DNA of 54,240 nucleotides from an uncultured Eubacteriales bacterium (GTDB lineage: Bacteria > Acidobacteriota > Aminicenantia > Aminicenantales > Aminicenantaceae): positions 1,792-56,031 of the forward strand of contig CAYTBG010000004.1 of NCBI GenBank assembly GCA_964435925.1, given 5' to 3'. Of the stretch, positions 18,093-26,854 are shown in pieces. The notes below the pieces were generated by a model. It searched no databases, was not told where the DNA came from, and saw only the letters and a program-made list of their open reading frames with translations. Numbering within the stretch: the stretch's first letter is position 1; each line of letters begins with the position of its first letter. The position numbers and the translations under genes were made by a program.

Positions 18093-19343
18093 ATGTATAT
18101 CCTTGAAGCATTTAAAATGGCAATTACAGCCATCATGTCTCATAAATTAAGATCTTTTCTTACTTTAATAGGAATTATCGCTGGCGTTGCTTCAATTATT
18201 GCCGTTATGACGGGCATTTCTGTAATTCAGACAACTATTGAGAAAGAAATAAGTGTCTTAGGTACCCAGACGTTTCAGGTGCAAAAATGGGCTGCAGCCG
18301 GTCCAATCAGTCAAGAAGAAATGCGAAAAATTATGAGAAGAAGACCGACTACGATTGAACATGCCAACGCGATCAGGGATAGAGTTAAAACAGTTGACCT
18401 GGTAGGTTCGGAATTGTGGAGTCAAAACATACACGTCGCAAAATACAGAGATATAGCAACAAATCCAAATCTGACCATTTGCGGCGGTACGCCGGAATAT
18501 CCGGAGAACAATACACATTACGTTGAAATTGGATTAAATATCACCAACGAAGATGTAAAGATAGGTAGAAGTGTGGTGGTGCTTGGTCATGCTGTTGCCG
18601 AAAAACTATTTCCGTGGACTGATCCTCTGCAAAAAATAATAAAAATTGATGGCAGGAAATACCGGGTCATTGGCGTAATGGAAGAAAAGAAATCAGCATT
18701 TGGTGGTAATTTCGATAATTACCTGCTGATACCGATTACTAAATTTAAGCGAATATATGGAATGCGAGATAATCAGGGAAGAGATCGTTCTGTTAATATA
18801 ACTGTTCGGGCAAAATCACCTGGCTTGCTTCAAGAAGCCATCACGGAAACACGGGCAGTAATGAGAATGGAAAGAGGTCTCAAACCACACGAGGAAGACG
18901 ACTTTACCATTTTTACAAATGACAGTAACATTAAAATATTCAATGAGACCACGGCAGGAATAAAAGTCGGCGCTTTTGTCATTGGAATTGTTGCACTAAT
19001 TGTTGCTGGAATCGGAATTATGAACATTATGTTCGTATCGGTTACGGAACGAACCAGGGAAATAGGAATCAGGAAGGCGTTAGGAGCGAAAAGAAAGAAT
19101 ATTCTGATGCAATTTCTGTTGGAAGCACTAATCCTGAGTAATATTGGAGGTGTTTTTGGTGTTGCAGTGGGATTTGGACTGGGTAATATTGTAAGTATGC
19201 TTACTAACTTTCCGGCTAATGTGCCGCTTCAGTGGGCAATTGTGGGAGTTGTATTTTGTACCAGCGTGGGACTCACTTTTGGCTTCTGGCCTGCATTTAG
19301 GGCATCAAAACTAGATCCGATTATCGCTTTGCGGTACGAATAA
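18093..19343 (+). CDS. MacB-type ABC permease (FtsX domain)
   Basis: RSFLTLIGIIAG, GIGIMNIMFVSVTERTREIG, LDPIIALRYE. Confidence 0.93.
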   Translation: MYILEAFKMAITAIMSHKLRSFLTLIGIIAGVASIIAVMTGISVIQTTIEKEISVLGTQTFQVQKWAAAGPISQEEMRKIMRRRPTTIEHANAIRDRVKTVDLVGSELWSQNIHVAKYRDIATNPNLTICGGTPEYPENNTHYVEIGLNITNEDVKIGRSVVVLGHAVAEKLFPWTDPLQKIIKIDGRKYRVIGVMEEKKSAFGGNFDNYLLIPITKFKRIYGMRDNQGRDRSVNITVRAKSPGLLQEAITETRAVMRMERGLKPHEEDDFTIFTNDSNIKIFNETTAGIKVGAFVIGIVALIVAGIGIMNIMFVSVTERTREIGIRKALGAKRKNILMQFLLEALILSNIGGVFGVAVGFGLGNIVSMLTNFPANVPLQWAIVGVVFCTSVGLTFGFWPAFRASKLDPIIALRYE

Positions 19344-19421
19344 TTTTAAATTCGAATTATAGATTTTAAATCTTGTTAGTTTTCTTCCTTATATAGAAAT
19401 TAAAAAAGAATTGTCTTTAAA

Positions 19422-20099
19422 ATGATACTCCCTGTTTCATTCTATTCCCGCCCGACCCTTAAAGTCCTGGAAGACCTGATCGGAATGGTCCTGGTCAGGA
19501 AGTCAGAAGATGGCTTGACCTCAGGAGTTATCGTAGAGGCTGAGGCTTATACGGGGGAAGATGATCCGCCCTCTTATGCCTTTAGAGGAAGAACGAAGAG
19601 AAGTGAAATAATGTACGGTCCGCCGGGCAGGGCGTTCGTCCACTTTACTTACGGTATGCATCATATGCTCAATCTGGTAACAGAAAGAGAAGAATTCCCG
19701 GCCGCAATTCTAATCCGGGCCCTCGAACCTCGTGAGGGGATTTCGTTGATGAAGAAAAGGCGAAAGACCGAGGAGCTTATTAACTTGTGCTCAGGACCAG
19801 CCAAGATATGCCAGGCTTTTGCTATAGACCGCTCTCTCCACGGTGTCTCGCTTTTTTCTTCAAGGTCTCCACTTTTCATTAAAGAGGGAGAGAAAAGACA
19901 GAAACAAGAGAGGAAAACGGCAGAAGAGAGGGGACAGAAGCGAGAGAGAAGAAAGGAAGGAGAAAAACCAGGGGAAGGAGAGAGCAGAAAGGAAGAAAGA
20001 AAAGGGCTAATCTGGACTTCAAGGATCGGAATTAAGGAAGGAAAGGAGCGGCTGTGGCGAGCCTGTCTTAAAGGGAGCCCTTTTATCTCAGTCAAATAA
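19422..20099 (+). CDS. mpg: DNA-3-methyladenine glycosylase (AAG/MPG family) with charged insertion
   Basis: IVEAEAY, YGPPGRAFVHFTYGMH, AILIRALEP, GPAKICQAF, SRIGI. Confidence 0.9.
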   Translation: MILPVSFYSRPTLKVLEDLIGMVLVRKSEDGLTSGVIVEAEAYTGEDDPPSYAFRGRTKRSEIMYGPPGRAFVHFTYGMHHMLNLVTEREEFPAAILIRALEPREGISLMKKRRKTEELINLCSGPAKICQAFAIDRSLHGVSLFSSRSPLFIKEGEKRQKQERKTAEERGQKRERRKEGEKPGEGESRKEERKGLIWTSRIGIKEGKERLWRACLKGSPFISVK

Positions 20100-20250
20100 G
20101 AAGCCTTAACTCATAAATGTCTTTGCGGGCATAATACTCACAGAGTGTTGCTATAATCATCCGATATTTCTGTTCGAAAACGGACATTAACTGTTTATAA
20201 ATGATACATGTATGTATCATAAGTGTCAGAAAATCCCAGGAAGATGAAAT

Positions 20251-20266
20251 TGGCACGTTATTTGCT
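20251..20266 (+). promoter_or_regulatory. Sigma-54 -24/-12 promoter with upstream candidate activator sites
   Basis: Exact TGGCAC-N5-TTGCT. TGT-N10-ACA at 20171-20186 and palindrome ATGATACAT-GT-ATGTATCAT at 20201-20220. Confidence 0.7.
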
Positions 20267-20363
20267 TCTAATATCAATATAACTTTAAATTAGTTAAAGT
20301 AACAAACATGGAATTCATTGAAATTTCGCAAAAACTCTCAAATAGCCAAAAAAAGGAGCAGAT

Positions 20364-20705
20364 ATGGTAATTCTCACCAAGCAAGAAGAATTATTCATGC
20401 TCGCCGTACTCCATCTCAGAGAGCCAGCCTACCTGGTCAACCTACGCAATTTTTTGCTTGAGCACACAGGCAAAGACTGGGCATTTGGTTCTTTGTATAT
20501 CACCCTGGACAAGTTGAGAAAGAAAGGATTCGTGGAAACGTATACGGGCAAACCCAAACACACCCGAGGAGGCAAAGCAATCCAATATTACAGGCTGACG
20601 GAAGAAGGCCTCCGGGCTTTAGGTGAAGCCAAGAGACTCCATGATGTCATGTGGAAAGGATTTTCCTCTCCGCTCTCTAAGAGAACGGCTGCCAATGAAA
20701 AATAA
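20364..20705 (+). CDS. PadR family transcriptional regulator
   Basis: GSLYITLDKLRKKGFV, RGGKAIQYYRLTEEG. Confidence 0.9.
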   Translation: MVILTKQEELFMLAVLHLREPAYLVNLRNFLLEHTGKDWAFGSLYITLDKLRKKGFVETYTGKPKHTRGGKAIQYYRLTEEGLRALGEAKRLHDVMWKGFSSPLSKRTAANEK

Positions 20706-23250
20706 ACCAACGCCTCCCCGGCCGGCCTGGTGGTTCTTCCAGAGGTTTATCCCTCCAGAAGAGCGGAAATACCTGCGGGAGGCCATGCTGGAAGTCTTTG
20801 AGGAGCTTTACACCAATCACAGCAAAGGAGCGGCATGGCTGTGGTTCTGGGGTCAATTGTTTCGCTCCTTACCCGCTTTATTATCAAACTCTTTTTATTG
20901 GAGTGTTCAAATGATTAAAAATTATACGAAAATCACTTTAAGAAACCTCAAAAAGCATAAATTTTATTCATTTATTAACATCGCTGGCTTGGCCATCGGC
21001 ATAGCGTGTTGTCTCATCATTTTTCTATGGGTTCAGAATGAGCTCGGTTATGACAGGTTCCACGAGAATGCGGGAGAGCTCTACAGGATTTTCCAGGAAT
21101 CTCCTCAAGGAGAAAAGGTTTTCCGTTTCACGTCAACTCCTTCTGGCCTTGGACCGTTACTGAAAGAACAATACCCCGAGATCGTCCGTACAGCACGACA
21201 CACTCCTACCCGTTGGGATATAGGAAGGGAGGAAATTCATTTTAGGGAAAGCGTAGCCCTGGTGGACGAATCCTTCCTTCAGATGTTCTCTTTCCCTTTG
21301 CTTGAGGGCACTCCTCAGGCTGCCCTGAAGGATCCCTATTCCATAGTCATTTCAGAAGAAATGAAGAAGAAGTATTTTGCCGGAGAAGACCCTGTGGGCA
21401 AGACTCTGCGTGTGGGAGAAAGCCTCGATTTGAATGTGACCGGTGTCCTTCAGGATATTCCCAAAGACTCTCATTTACAATTTGAGTGCCTTGTCCCGTT
21501 CAAATTACTCGGCGAATTCGGTTATAACATGGAAGACTGGGGAAATAACAATTACTGGACGTATATCCAGCTCACAGAAAACTCATCATCTCAAGAGGTG
21601 GAAGCGAAAATATCCGGTATAATCCAGGAACATGTCCCGAGATCGAGCTCAGTCCTCCATCTGCAGCCGCTTGTCAGGATTCATCTGTACGCCCTCGGTG
21701 GCGGTGGCCTAATAACCTACATTTACATCTTTTCGGGTATGGCTATCTTTATTCTCCTCATCGCCTGCATTAATTATATGAATCTCTCCACAGCCCGATC
21801 GGCGAACCGAGCCCGAGAAGTAGGCATAAGGCAGGTTGTGGGAGCGAACCGGATCCAGCTCATCAAGCAATTTATGGGAGAGTCCATTCTCTACGCTTTT
21901 ATTGCCTTGATTATTGGCCTGACCATACTCCATTTAGCCCTCCCCATATCCAGTCAACTGGCAGGAAAACCGCTCAGGATGGACTATACAGTCAGCATCA
22001 TTCTGGTCCTGATCGGGCTGACTCTCTTCACAGGCCTTCTCGCCGGCATCTATCCAGCATTTGTACTTTCCTCATTCCAGGCAATTCGCGCATTGAAAGG
22101 AGCTCTAAAATCCAGAGGCGGGCGTGCCCTTTTCAGGAAAATCCTGGTTGTCACCCAGTTCTCGCTCTCCATATTTTTGATTATCGGCACTCTGATTGTT
22201 TTCCGCCAGATGAATTTCATGATGAATATGGAATTGGGGTACGACAAGGAAAACATTCTCTGTGTGCCCATGAGGGGTCAACTCGCCAGAAACTATCAAG
22301 TATTCAAAACCAAGCTTCTGGAAAACCCGAGCATCATAGGCTTGGCCCGGGCCAATACTACGCCCGATATCAAACAAAGTTCCATTGCCGATTACGATAT
22401 CACCTGGGATGGAAGAGAAGAGGGCGATAATTTTCCAGGCATCAACATTATGGGCGTCGATGCGGATTATCTGAAGACATTTAAAATGGAAATGGCCGAA
22501 GGACGGTTTTTTTCTGAGGAATTTCCGACAGATTCAACAGATAGCTGGGTGATTAACGAGGCCGCGGCTGCGGCCATGGGATTGGATTCCCCCCTGGGAA
22601 CAGGAATCTATTGGGATGATAAAAAAGGGAAAATCATCGGCGTGATCAAGGATTTTCATTTCAGCTCTCTTCATGAGGAGATCGAACCTCTTTTAATGAG
22701 AATGAATCTGTGGATGGATAACATCCTCGTTCGCATTCGTTCCGATAACATCCCGGCGACCATCGGTTTTATGCAGAAGACTCTGAAAGACCTTCTCCCT
22801 CACTATACCTTTGAGTATGAATTTCTCGATACACGAATTGATAACCTCTACCGCGCAGAGCAACGTATGGAGAAGATTCTTATATTTTCGACAATTATTG
22901 CCATCTTCATCTCCTGCCTGGGACTGCTGGGTTTGGCTTCATTCACTGCTGAGCAAAGAACAAAAGAGATCGGGATCAGGAAAGTCCTGGGATCGACAGT
23001 TGGTGGTGTCGTGTTTCTTCTTTCCAAGGAATTCATAAAGTGGGTGCTTCTGGCCAACCTGATAGCCTGGCCTGCGGCTTATTTTGCCGTTCACAACTGG
23101 CTGCAGAATTTTGCTATCCGGACAAACATCGGATGGCCGATATTCCTGCTCTCCGGAAGCCTGGCTCTGGCCGTTTCACTTCTTACAGTCTGCTACCAGT
23201 CAATAAAGGCGGCCGTAGCGAACCCGGTGGATTCACTGCGGTATGAATGA
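20695..23250 (+). CDS. Duplicated-domain ABC permease (ADOP-like)
   Basis: Start reassigned to ATG 20695 (MKNKPTPP); YSFINIAGLAIG, ACINYMNL, EIGIRKVLG, ANPVDSLRYE. Confidence 0.92.
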   Translation: MKNKPTPPRPAWWFFQRFIPPEERKYLREAMLEVFEELYTNHSKGAAWLWFWGQLFRSLPALLSNSFYWSVQMIKNYTKITLRNLKKHKFYSFINIAGLAIGIACCLIIFLWVQNELGYDRFHENAGELYRIFQESPQGEKVFRFTSTPSGLGPLLKEQYPEIVRTARHTPTRWDIGREEIHFRESVALVDESFLQMFSFPLLEGTPQAALKDPYSIVISEEMKKKYFAGEDPVGKTLRVGESLDLNVTGVLQDIPKDSHLQFECLVPFKLLGEFGYNMEDWGNNNYWTYIQLTENSSSQEVEAKISGIIQEHVPRSSSVLHLQPLVRIHLYALGGGGLITYIYIFSGMAIFILLIACINYMNLSTARSANRAREVGIRQVVGANRIQLIKQFMGESILYAFIALIIGLTILHLALPISSQLAGKPLRMDYTVSIILVLIGLTLFTGLLAGIYPAFVLSSFQAIRALKGALKSRGGRALFRKILVVTQFSLSIFLIIGTLIVFRQMNFMMNMELGYDKENILCVPMRGQLARNYQVFKTKLLENPSIIGLARANTTPDIKQSSIADYDITWDGREEGDNFPGINIMGVDADYLKTFKMEMAEGRFFSEEFPTDSTDSWVINEAAAAAMGLDSPLGTGIYWDDKKGKIIGVIKDFHFSSLHEEIEPLLMRMNLWMDNILVRIRSDNIPATIGFMQKTLKDLLPHYTFEYEFLDTRIDNLYRAEQRMEKILIFSTIIAIFISCLGLLGLASFTAEQRTKEIGIRKVLGSTVGGVVFLLSKEFIKWVLLANLIAWPAAYFAVHNWLQNFAIRTNIGWPIFLLSGSLALAVSLLTVCYQSIKAAVANPVDSLRYE

Positions 23251-23361
23251 AAATTGGGTGGCCCATCTGTTTTTCTAATTAGCGTGGTAATGGCTTTTTA
23301 CAAAATGCAATCATAATTTTTATGTAGTCATCGGATTAAAATAAGGATAAAATAAAATCCG

Positions 23362-25083
23362 ATGAAAAAAATAATCCTTCTTCCACCTGAAATATCCCAG
23401 AAAATTGCTGCCGGTGAGGTCATCGAGAGGCCTTTTTCTGTTGTCAAAGAGTTAGTGGAGAACTCTCTGGATGCCAATGCTTCAGAGATAAAAGTCGAGC
23501 TTCTTTCCGGAGGAAAAAAACTGGTAAGAGTTACGGACAATGGCCATGGAATGAGGCGAGAAGATGCCAGGCTGTGTTTTGAACGGCATTCAACCAGCAA
23601 GATTCAAAGTGTTGAAGACCTCAGCCTGATAGAAACCCTGGGTTTTAGAGGAGAGGCTCTGCCCAGTATTTCTGCTGTCTCCAGGGTTGTTTTAAAGACA
23701 TCCGATGGCAAAGAGGAGAAAGGTACTCTGATTGAAAAAGAAGGAGAGAAGATAATCCAAACTTCAGATATCGCTTTTCCCCTGGGAACAGCCGTTGAGG
23801 TCAGAGATCTATTCTTTAATTTACCTGCAAGGGAGAAATTTCTCCGCACAGATAGATCTGAACTTAACTTGATCGTGAAATTCTTGACCTTTGTTTCCGT
23901 AGCCTACCCCGAAGTGAGGTTTTCTTTAATCCACGGAAAAAGGCAGGTCTTTGATTATCCACCCGTAAGCAGTCTCAAGGAAAGGATTTTTCAGGTTTTC
24001 GGGAAATCCCTTTTAGAACGACTCCTGGAGATTGATTACAGGGAAGATGATAGGCAGCTTTATGGATATGCCTCTCTCCCGCCAGCAGGGCATCGAGATA
24101 GAACCCTCCAGCTCTTTTATGTGAACAAAAGACCGGTAAGAGATCGAACTCTCCTGGCTGCCCTGAATCAAGCCTACAGAGGCTTTTTAGAAAAAGATAG
24201 CTATGCCGAAGCTTTCCTCTTTCTCTCCTATCCCTATACTGAGGTCGATATAAATGTCCATCCAGCCAAAGCAGAAGTCAGGTTTAAAGATTCCCGCCCT
24301 GTTTTTCAGCTTGTAAACCGGAGTATAGAGCAGGCCATTCTCAAGGAGAAGGGAGTAAAAAAGATCTATCCTACTAAAGAAGGAGAAATGGGTTTCAGGA
24401 TGGAGGAAAAAAGGAGCTTCAGGATAGAAGAAGAAAGAGGCGCGCCTGCTTTTATGAGAGGCAAAGAACGGCAACGAGAATGGAAAGATTTGTTCACTCC
24501 CTTGGCAAAACAGGAAGAGACATACCCGCACGTCCTGGGTCAGTATCTGGATATGTATATAGTTGCCTGTTCTGAAGAGGGCATTATAATCGTCGATCAG
24601 CACAATGCCCATGAGAGGATTCTTTTTGAAAAATATGAAGAAATAGATAAAGAAAAGAAATGGCCTCGAAAATTAGCTCTTCTTCCTATTCTTTTCGAGT
24701 TCTCTCCATCCCAGCTGTTAAGTTTTGAAAATAATCAAGCCCTGCTGGAGGAAGCAGGATTCAGGGTGGAAGCCATGGGAGGGCAGAGTTTTGCTTTAAA
24801 AGAGTACCCTGATATATTTAAAGAAGAGGAAGCAAAGGATATATTTATATCTCTTCTTGAAGAAAAGAAGGGAGAGCAAATTGAGGATAAAAAAAAGAGA
24901 CTGTTAGCCACATTAGCCTGTAAGACTGCTATAAAAGCAGGCCAGGTTTTATCGTTCGAAAAGATGAATTATCTGGTGGAAGAACTTTTCAAAACATCAA
25001 ATTCATCACTCTGCCCTCATGGAAGGCCCATCATCGTCAAGATAGAGAGGAAGGAAATAGAGCGAGGTTTAAAAAGGAACTGA
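23362..25083 (+). CDS. mutL: DNA mismatch repair endonuclease MutL
   Basis: IAAGEVIERP, KELVENSLDA, GFRGEAL, DQHNAHER, ACK, CPHGRP. Confidence 0.97.
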   Translation: MKKIILLPPEISQKIAAGEVIERPFSVVKELVENSLDANASEIKVELLSGGKKLVRVTDNGHGMRREDARLCFERHSTSKIQSVEDLSLIETLGFRGEALPSISAVSRVVLKTSDGKEEKGTLIEKEGEKIIQTSDIAFPLGTAVEVRDLFFNLPAREKFLRTDRSELNLIVKFLTFVSVAYPEVRFSLIHGKRQVFDYPPVSSLKERIFQVFGKSLLERLLEIDYREDDRQLYGYASLPPAGHRDRTLQLFYVNKRPVRDRTLLAALNQAYRGFLEKDSYAEAFLFLSYPYTEVDINVHPAKAEVRFKDSRPVFQLVNRSIEQAILKEKGVKKIYPTKEGEMGFRMEEKRSFRIEEERGAPAFMRGKERQREWKDLFTPLAKQEETYPHVLGQYLDMYIVACSEEGIIIVDQHNAHERILFEKYEEIDKEKKWPRKLALLPILFEFSPSQLLSFENNQALLEEAGFRVEAMGGQSFALKEYPDIFKEEEAKDIFISLLEEKKGEQIEDKKKRLLATLACKTAIKAGQVLSFEKMNYLVEELFKTSNSSLCPHGRPIIVKIERKEIERGLKRN

Positions 25084-25085
25084 AA

Positions 25086-25114
25086 TTGACAACTTTTCTC
25101 TGCTTTGCTAAGAT
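25086..25114 (+). promoter_or_regulatory. Sigma-70 promoter for the tRNA operon
   Basis: TTGACA-N17-TAAGAT. Confidence 0.6.
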
Positions 25115-25141
25115 TAACGGGGCCAAAAGCCAGGGCAAGAA

Positions 25142-25190
25142 CGGGGACTGTCCCCATTTTTTTTATAAAATGGAGACTGTCCCCTTTATT
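25142..25190 (+). repeat. Two REP-like copies (GGGGACTGTCCCC core) in the tRNA leader
   Basis: CGGGGACTGTCCCCATTTT and AAAATGGAGACTGTCCCCTTT. Confidence 0.65.
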
Positions 25191-25222
25191 TTGCTTGGAA
25201 TACATGCTCGTTTTACAAGTCT

Positions 25223-25297
25223 CGGGGAGTAGCGTAGCCTGGTTAGCGCGCCTGCTTTGGGAGCAGGAGGTCGTCGGTTCGAATCCGATCTCCCCGA
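25223..25297 (+). tRNA. tRNA-Pro(TGG)
   Basis: CGGGGAG/CTCCCCG acceptor, CCTGC-TTTGGGA-GCAGG anticodon arm, GTTCGAATC; CCA not encoded. Confidence 0.95.
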
Positions 25298-25366
25298 TTA
25301 AAGCTTAAAACGGATAAAGCAGCAATCGGATATAGAAGCCGATTGAGATAGAAAAATATCAAAAAT

Positions 25367-25444
25367 GCGCCTGTAGCTCAGTCAGGATAGAGCAGCTGCC
25401 TTCTAAGCAGCGGGTCGGAGGTTCGAGTCCTTCCAGGCGCGCCA
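25367..25444 (+). tRNA. tRNA-Arg(TCT)
   Basis: GCGCCTG/CAGGCGC acceptor, GCTGC-CTTCTAA-GCAGC arm, GTTCGAGTC, GCCA end. Confidence 0.95.
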
Positions 25445-25454
25445 CCCTTTCCCC

Positions 25455-25546
25455 TTTTTTTTCAATAGTTTTCCTCAGAGTGCAGTTTAGCCATATTTAG
25501 TTATTTTGGGTAATTTTGAGCCCAAAGTGGCAAATGAGTGGCTAAT
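25455..25546 (+). repeat. att-like flank copy A
   Basis: Follows tRNA-Arg; aligns by eye with 26647-26738 (TTTTTCAATAG...CTCAG...GTTATTTT...GCAAATGAGTGG). Confidence 0.65.
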
Positions 25547-25625
25547 CTCTACCCCATATTAATGGGATTTGAGTGGCAAATCAGAGTTGAATATTCAGAT
25601 GTTGAAACTTGATTTATGATCGTCG

Positions 25626-25691
25626 GACGCACTGGACTCAAAATCCATCGGAACATTTCGTTCCATGTGGATTCGAATCCCTCCTCCGGCA
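25626..25691 (+). pseudogene. tRNA-Leu(CAA) 3' remnant
   Basis: GACGCACTGGA-CTCAAAA-TCCA anticodon arm, GGAAC/GTTCC variable arm, TTCGAATCC, CTCCGGCA; 5' acceptor strand absent. Confidence 0.7.
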
Positions 25692-25823
25692 TACAATTTC
25701 CCTTGATAATTCCTAGGCCTTCCATTATCTTTATTTTCAGCATATTCCATTGAACTAATAATCATTTTTAGATAAGATAAGTAAAAACCGGGAAAATAAC
25801 AAAGTAATAGTTTCCAGAACAAA

Positions 25824-26483
25824 ATGAATACTAGAAAGAAAAAAAATATACTGCATATAATTCTTTCCATATTCGCGATGCTCATAGGGTTTGCCTTATT
25901 TGCTTTTATTATTTGGGGAGCGTACAGAGTTACTTCATATTTATTTCAAATATTTTCAACTCTTGAACCAGATATTGCAATTGCAATAATTGCAGGCTCG
26001 ACTACCATAATCGCATCTACTCTAGCTATTGTTTTAGGGAGGTATTTTGAAGCAAAAAAAGAAAGAGAAGTTGCCCATCGTGATAAAAAGGTTATACTCT
26101 ACGATGAGTTCTTAAAAAAACTATTTGACCTCTTCTTAGGCCATGAAGAAGATAGACCAAGACAAGAAGAGTTCGTTCCTTTTCTCAGGGATATACAGAG
26201 AAAAATCATACTGTGGTCTGGTCCTAAAGTTATAAAATCATATTCAAAGTGGCATAAGGAGCTAACATCACAACCTCAACGACCAAAAGCCAAGTCAATG
26301 ATAAAAATGATAGACTTTTTCTTAGCCTTAAGAAATGACCTTGGGCATAGCAATAAAGGAATCAAACGTGAATATCTAGTGAGATTTATGCTAAAAAAAC
26401 CTGACCTTTTTATGCGAATGTTTAGAGAAAAGCCAGAAGTTACGTTAGACGAAATTGCCGAGGCTGAGGAAAAACTGAATTAA
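25824..26483 (+). CDS. Hypothetical membrane protein (2 N-terminal TM)
   Basis: 219 aa AT-rich ORF; two hydrophobic segments then a helical soluble part. Confidence 0.75.
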   Translation: MNTRKKKNILHIILSIFAMLIGFALFAFIIWGAYRVTSYLFQIFSTLEPDIAIAIIAGSTTIIASTLAIVLGRYFEAKKEREVAHRDKKVILYDEFLKKLFDLFLGHEEDRPRQEEFVPFLRDIQRKIILWSGPKVIKSYSKWHKELTSQPQRPKAKSMIKMIDFFLALRNDLGHSNKGIKREYLVRFMLKKPDLFMRMFREKPEVTLDEIAEAEEKLN

Positions 26484-26586
26484 TTTAGCCGAATCACTTA
26501 AATTGAGTCATCTTAGGTCAATTTGTCCATACTGTGTCCACACAGATTTTAAGCAAGGTCTATTTCTGCATAAGTATATAGACTAT

Positions 26587-26635
26587 CTGATTGTTAAGCA
26601 GAAGGTCGAGGTTTCAAATCCCATCGTCCGCTCCA
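26587..26635 (+). pseudogene. Degenerate tRNA 3' half (Thr-like)
   Basis: CTGATTGTTAAGCAGAAGGTCGAGGTTTCAAATCCCATCGTCCGCTCCA resembles anticodon arm, T-arm and GCTCCA end. Confidence 0.5.
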
Positions 26636-26646
26636 GATAACCTCTT

Positions 26647-26738
26647 TATTTTTCAATAGATTTGCTCAGGGTATAGTTCTAGCTATAGTTTGTTATTTTA
26701 GGTTATTTTTGCCACAAAATAGCAAATGAGTGGAAAAT
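26647..26738 (+). repeat. att-like flank copy B
   Basis: Follows the tRNA remnant; roughly 70% identical to copy A by eye. Confidence 0.65.
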
Positions 26739-26854
26739 CTGTGTTTAGCTTTTAGAAAGTAATGTCTTTATCGATAAAGATTATAGGTAAATAGAATCTT
26801 TAAGATGAAGTTTAGCTAAGATTTTTGTATAATATTCTCAAAACATACTTGTTG

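Noticed and set aside
23251-23275. AAATTGGGTGGCCCATCTGTTTTT as a REP copy
   Set aside because: Too diverged; equally explained as the permease terminator
25595-25885. 96 aa minus-strand ORF
   Set aside because: Overlaps the tRNA-Leu remnant and a promoter region; no motif
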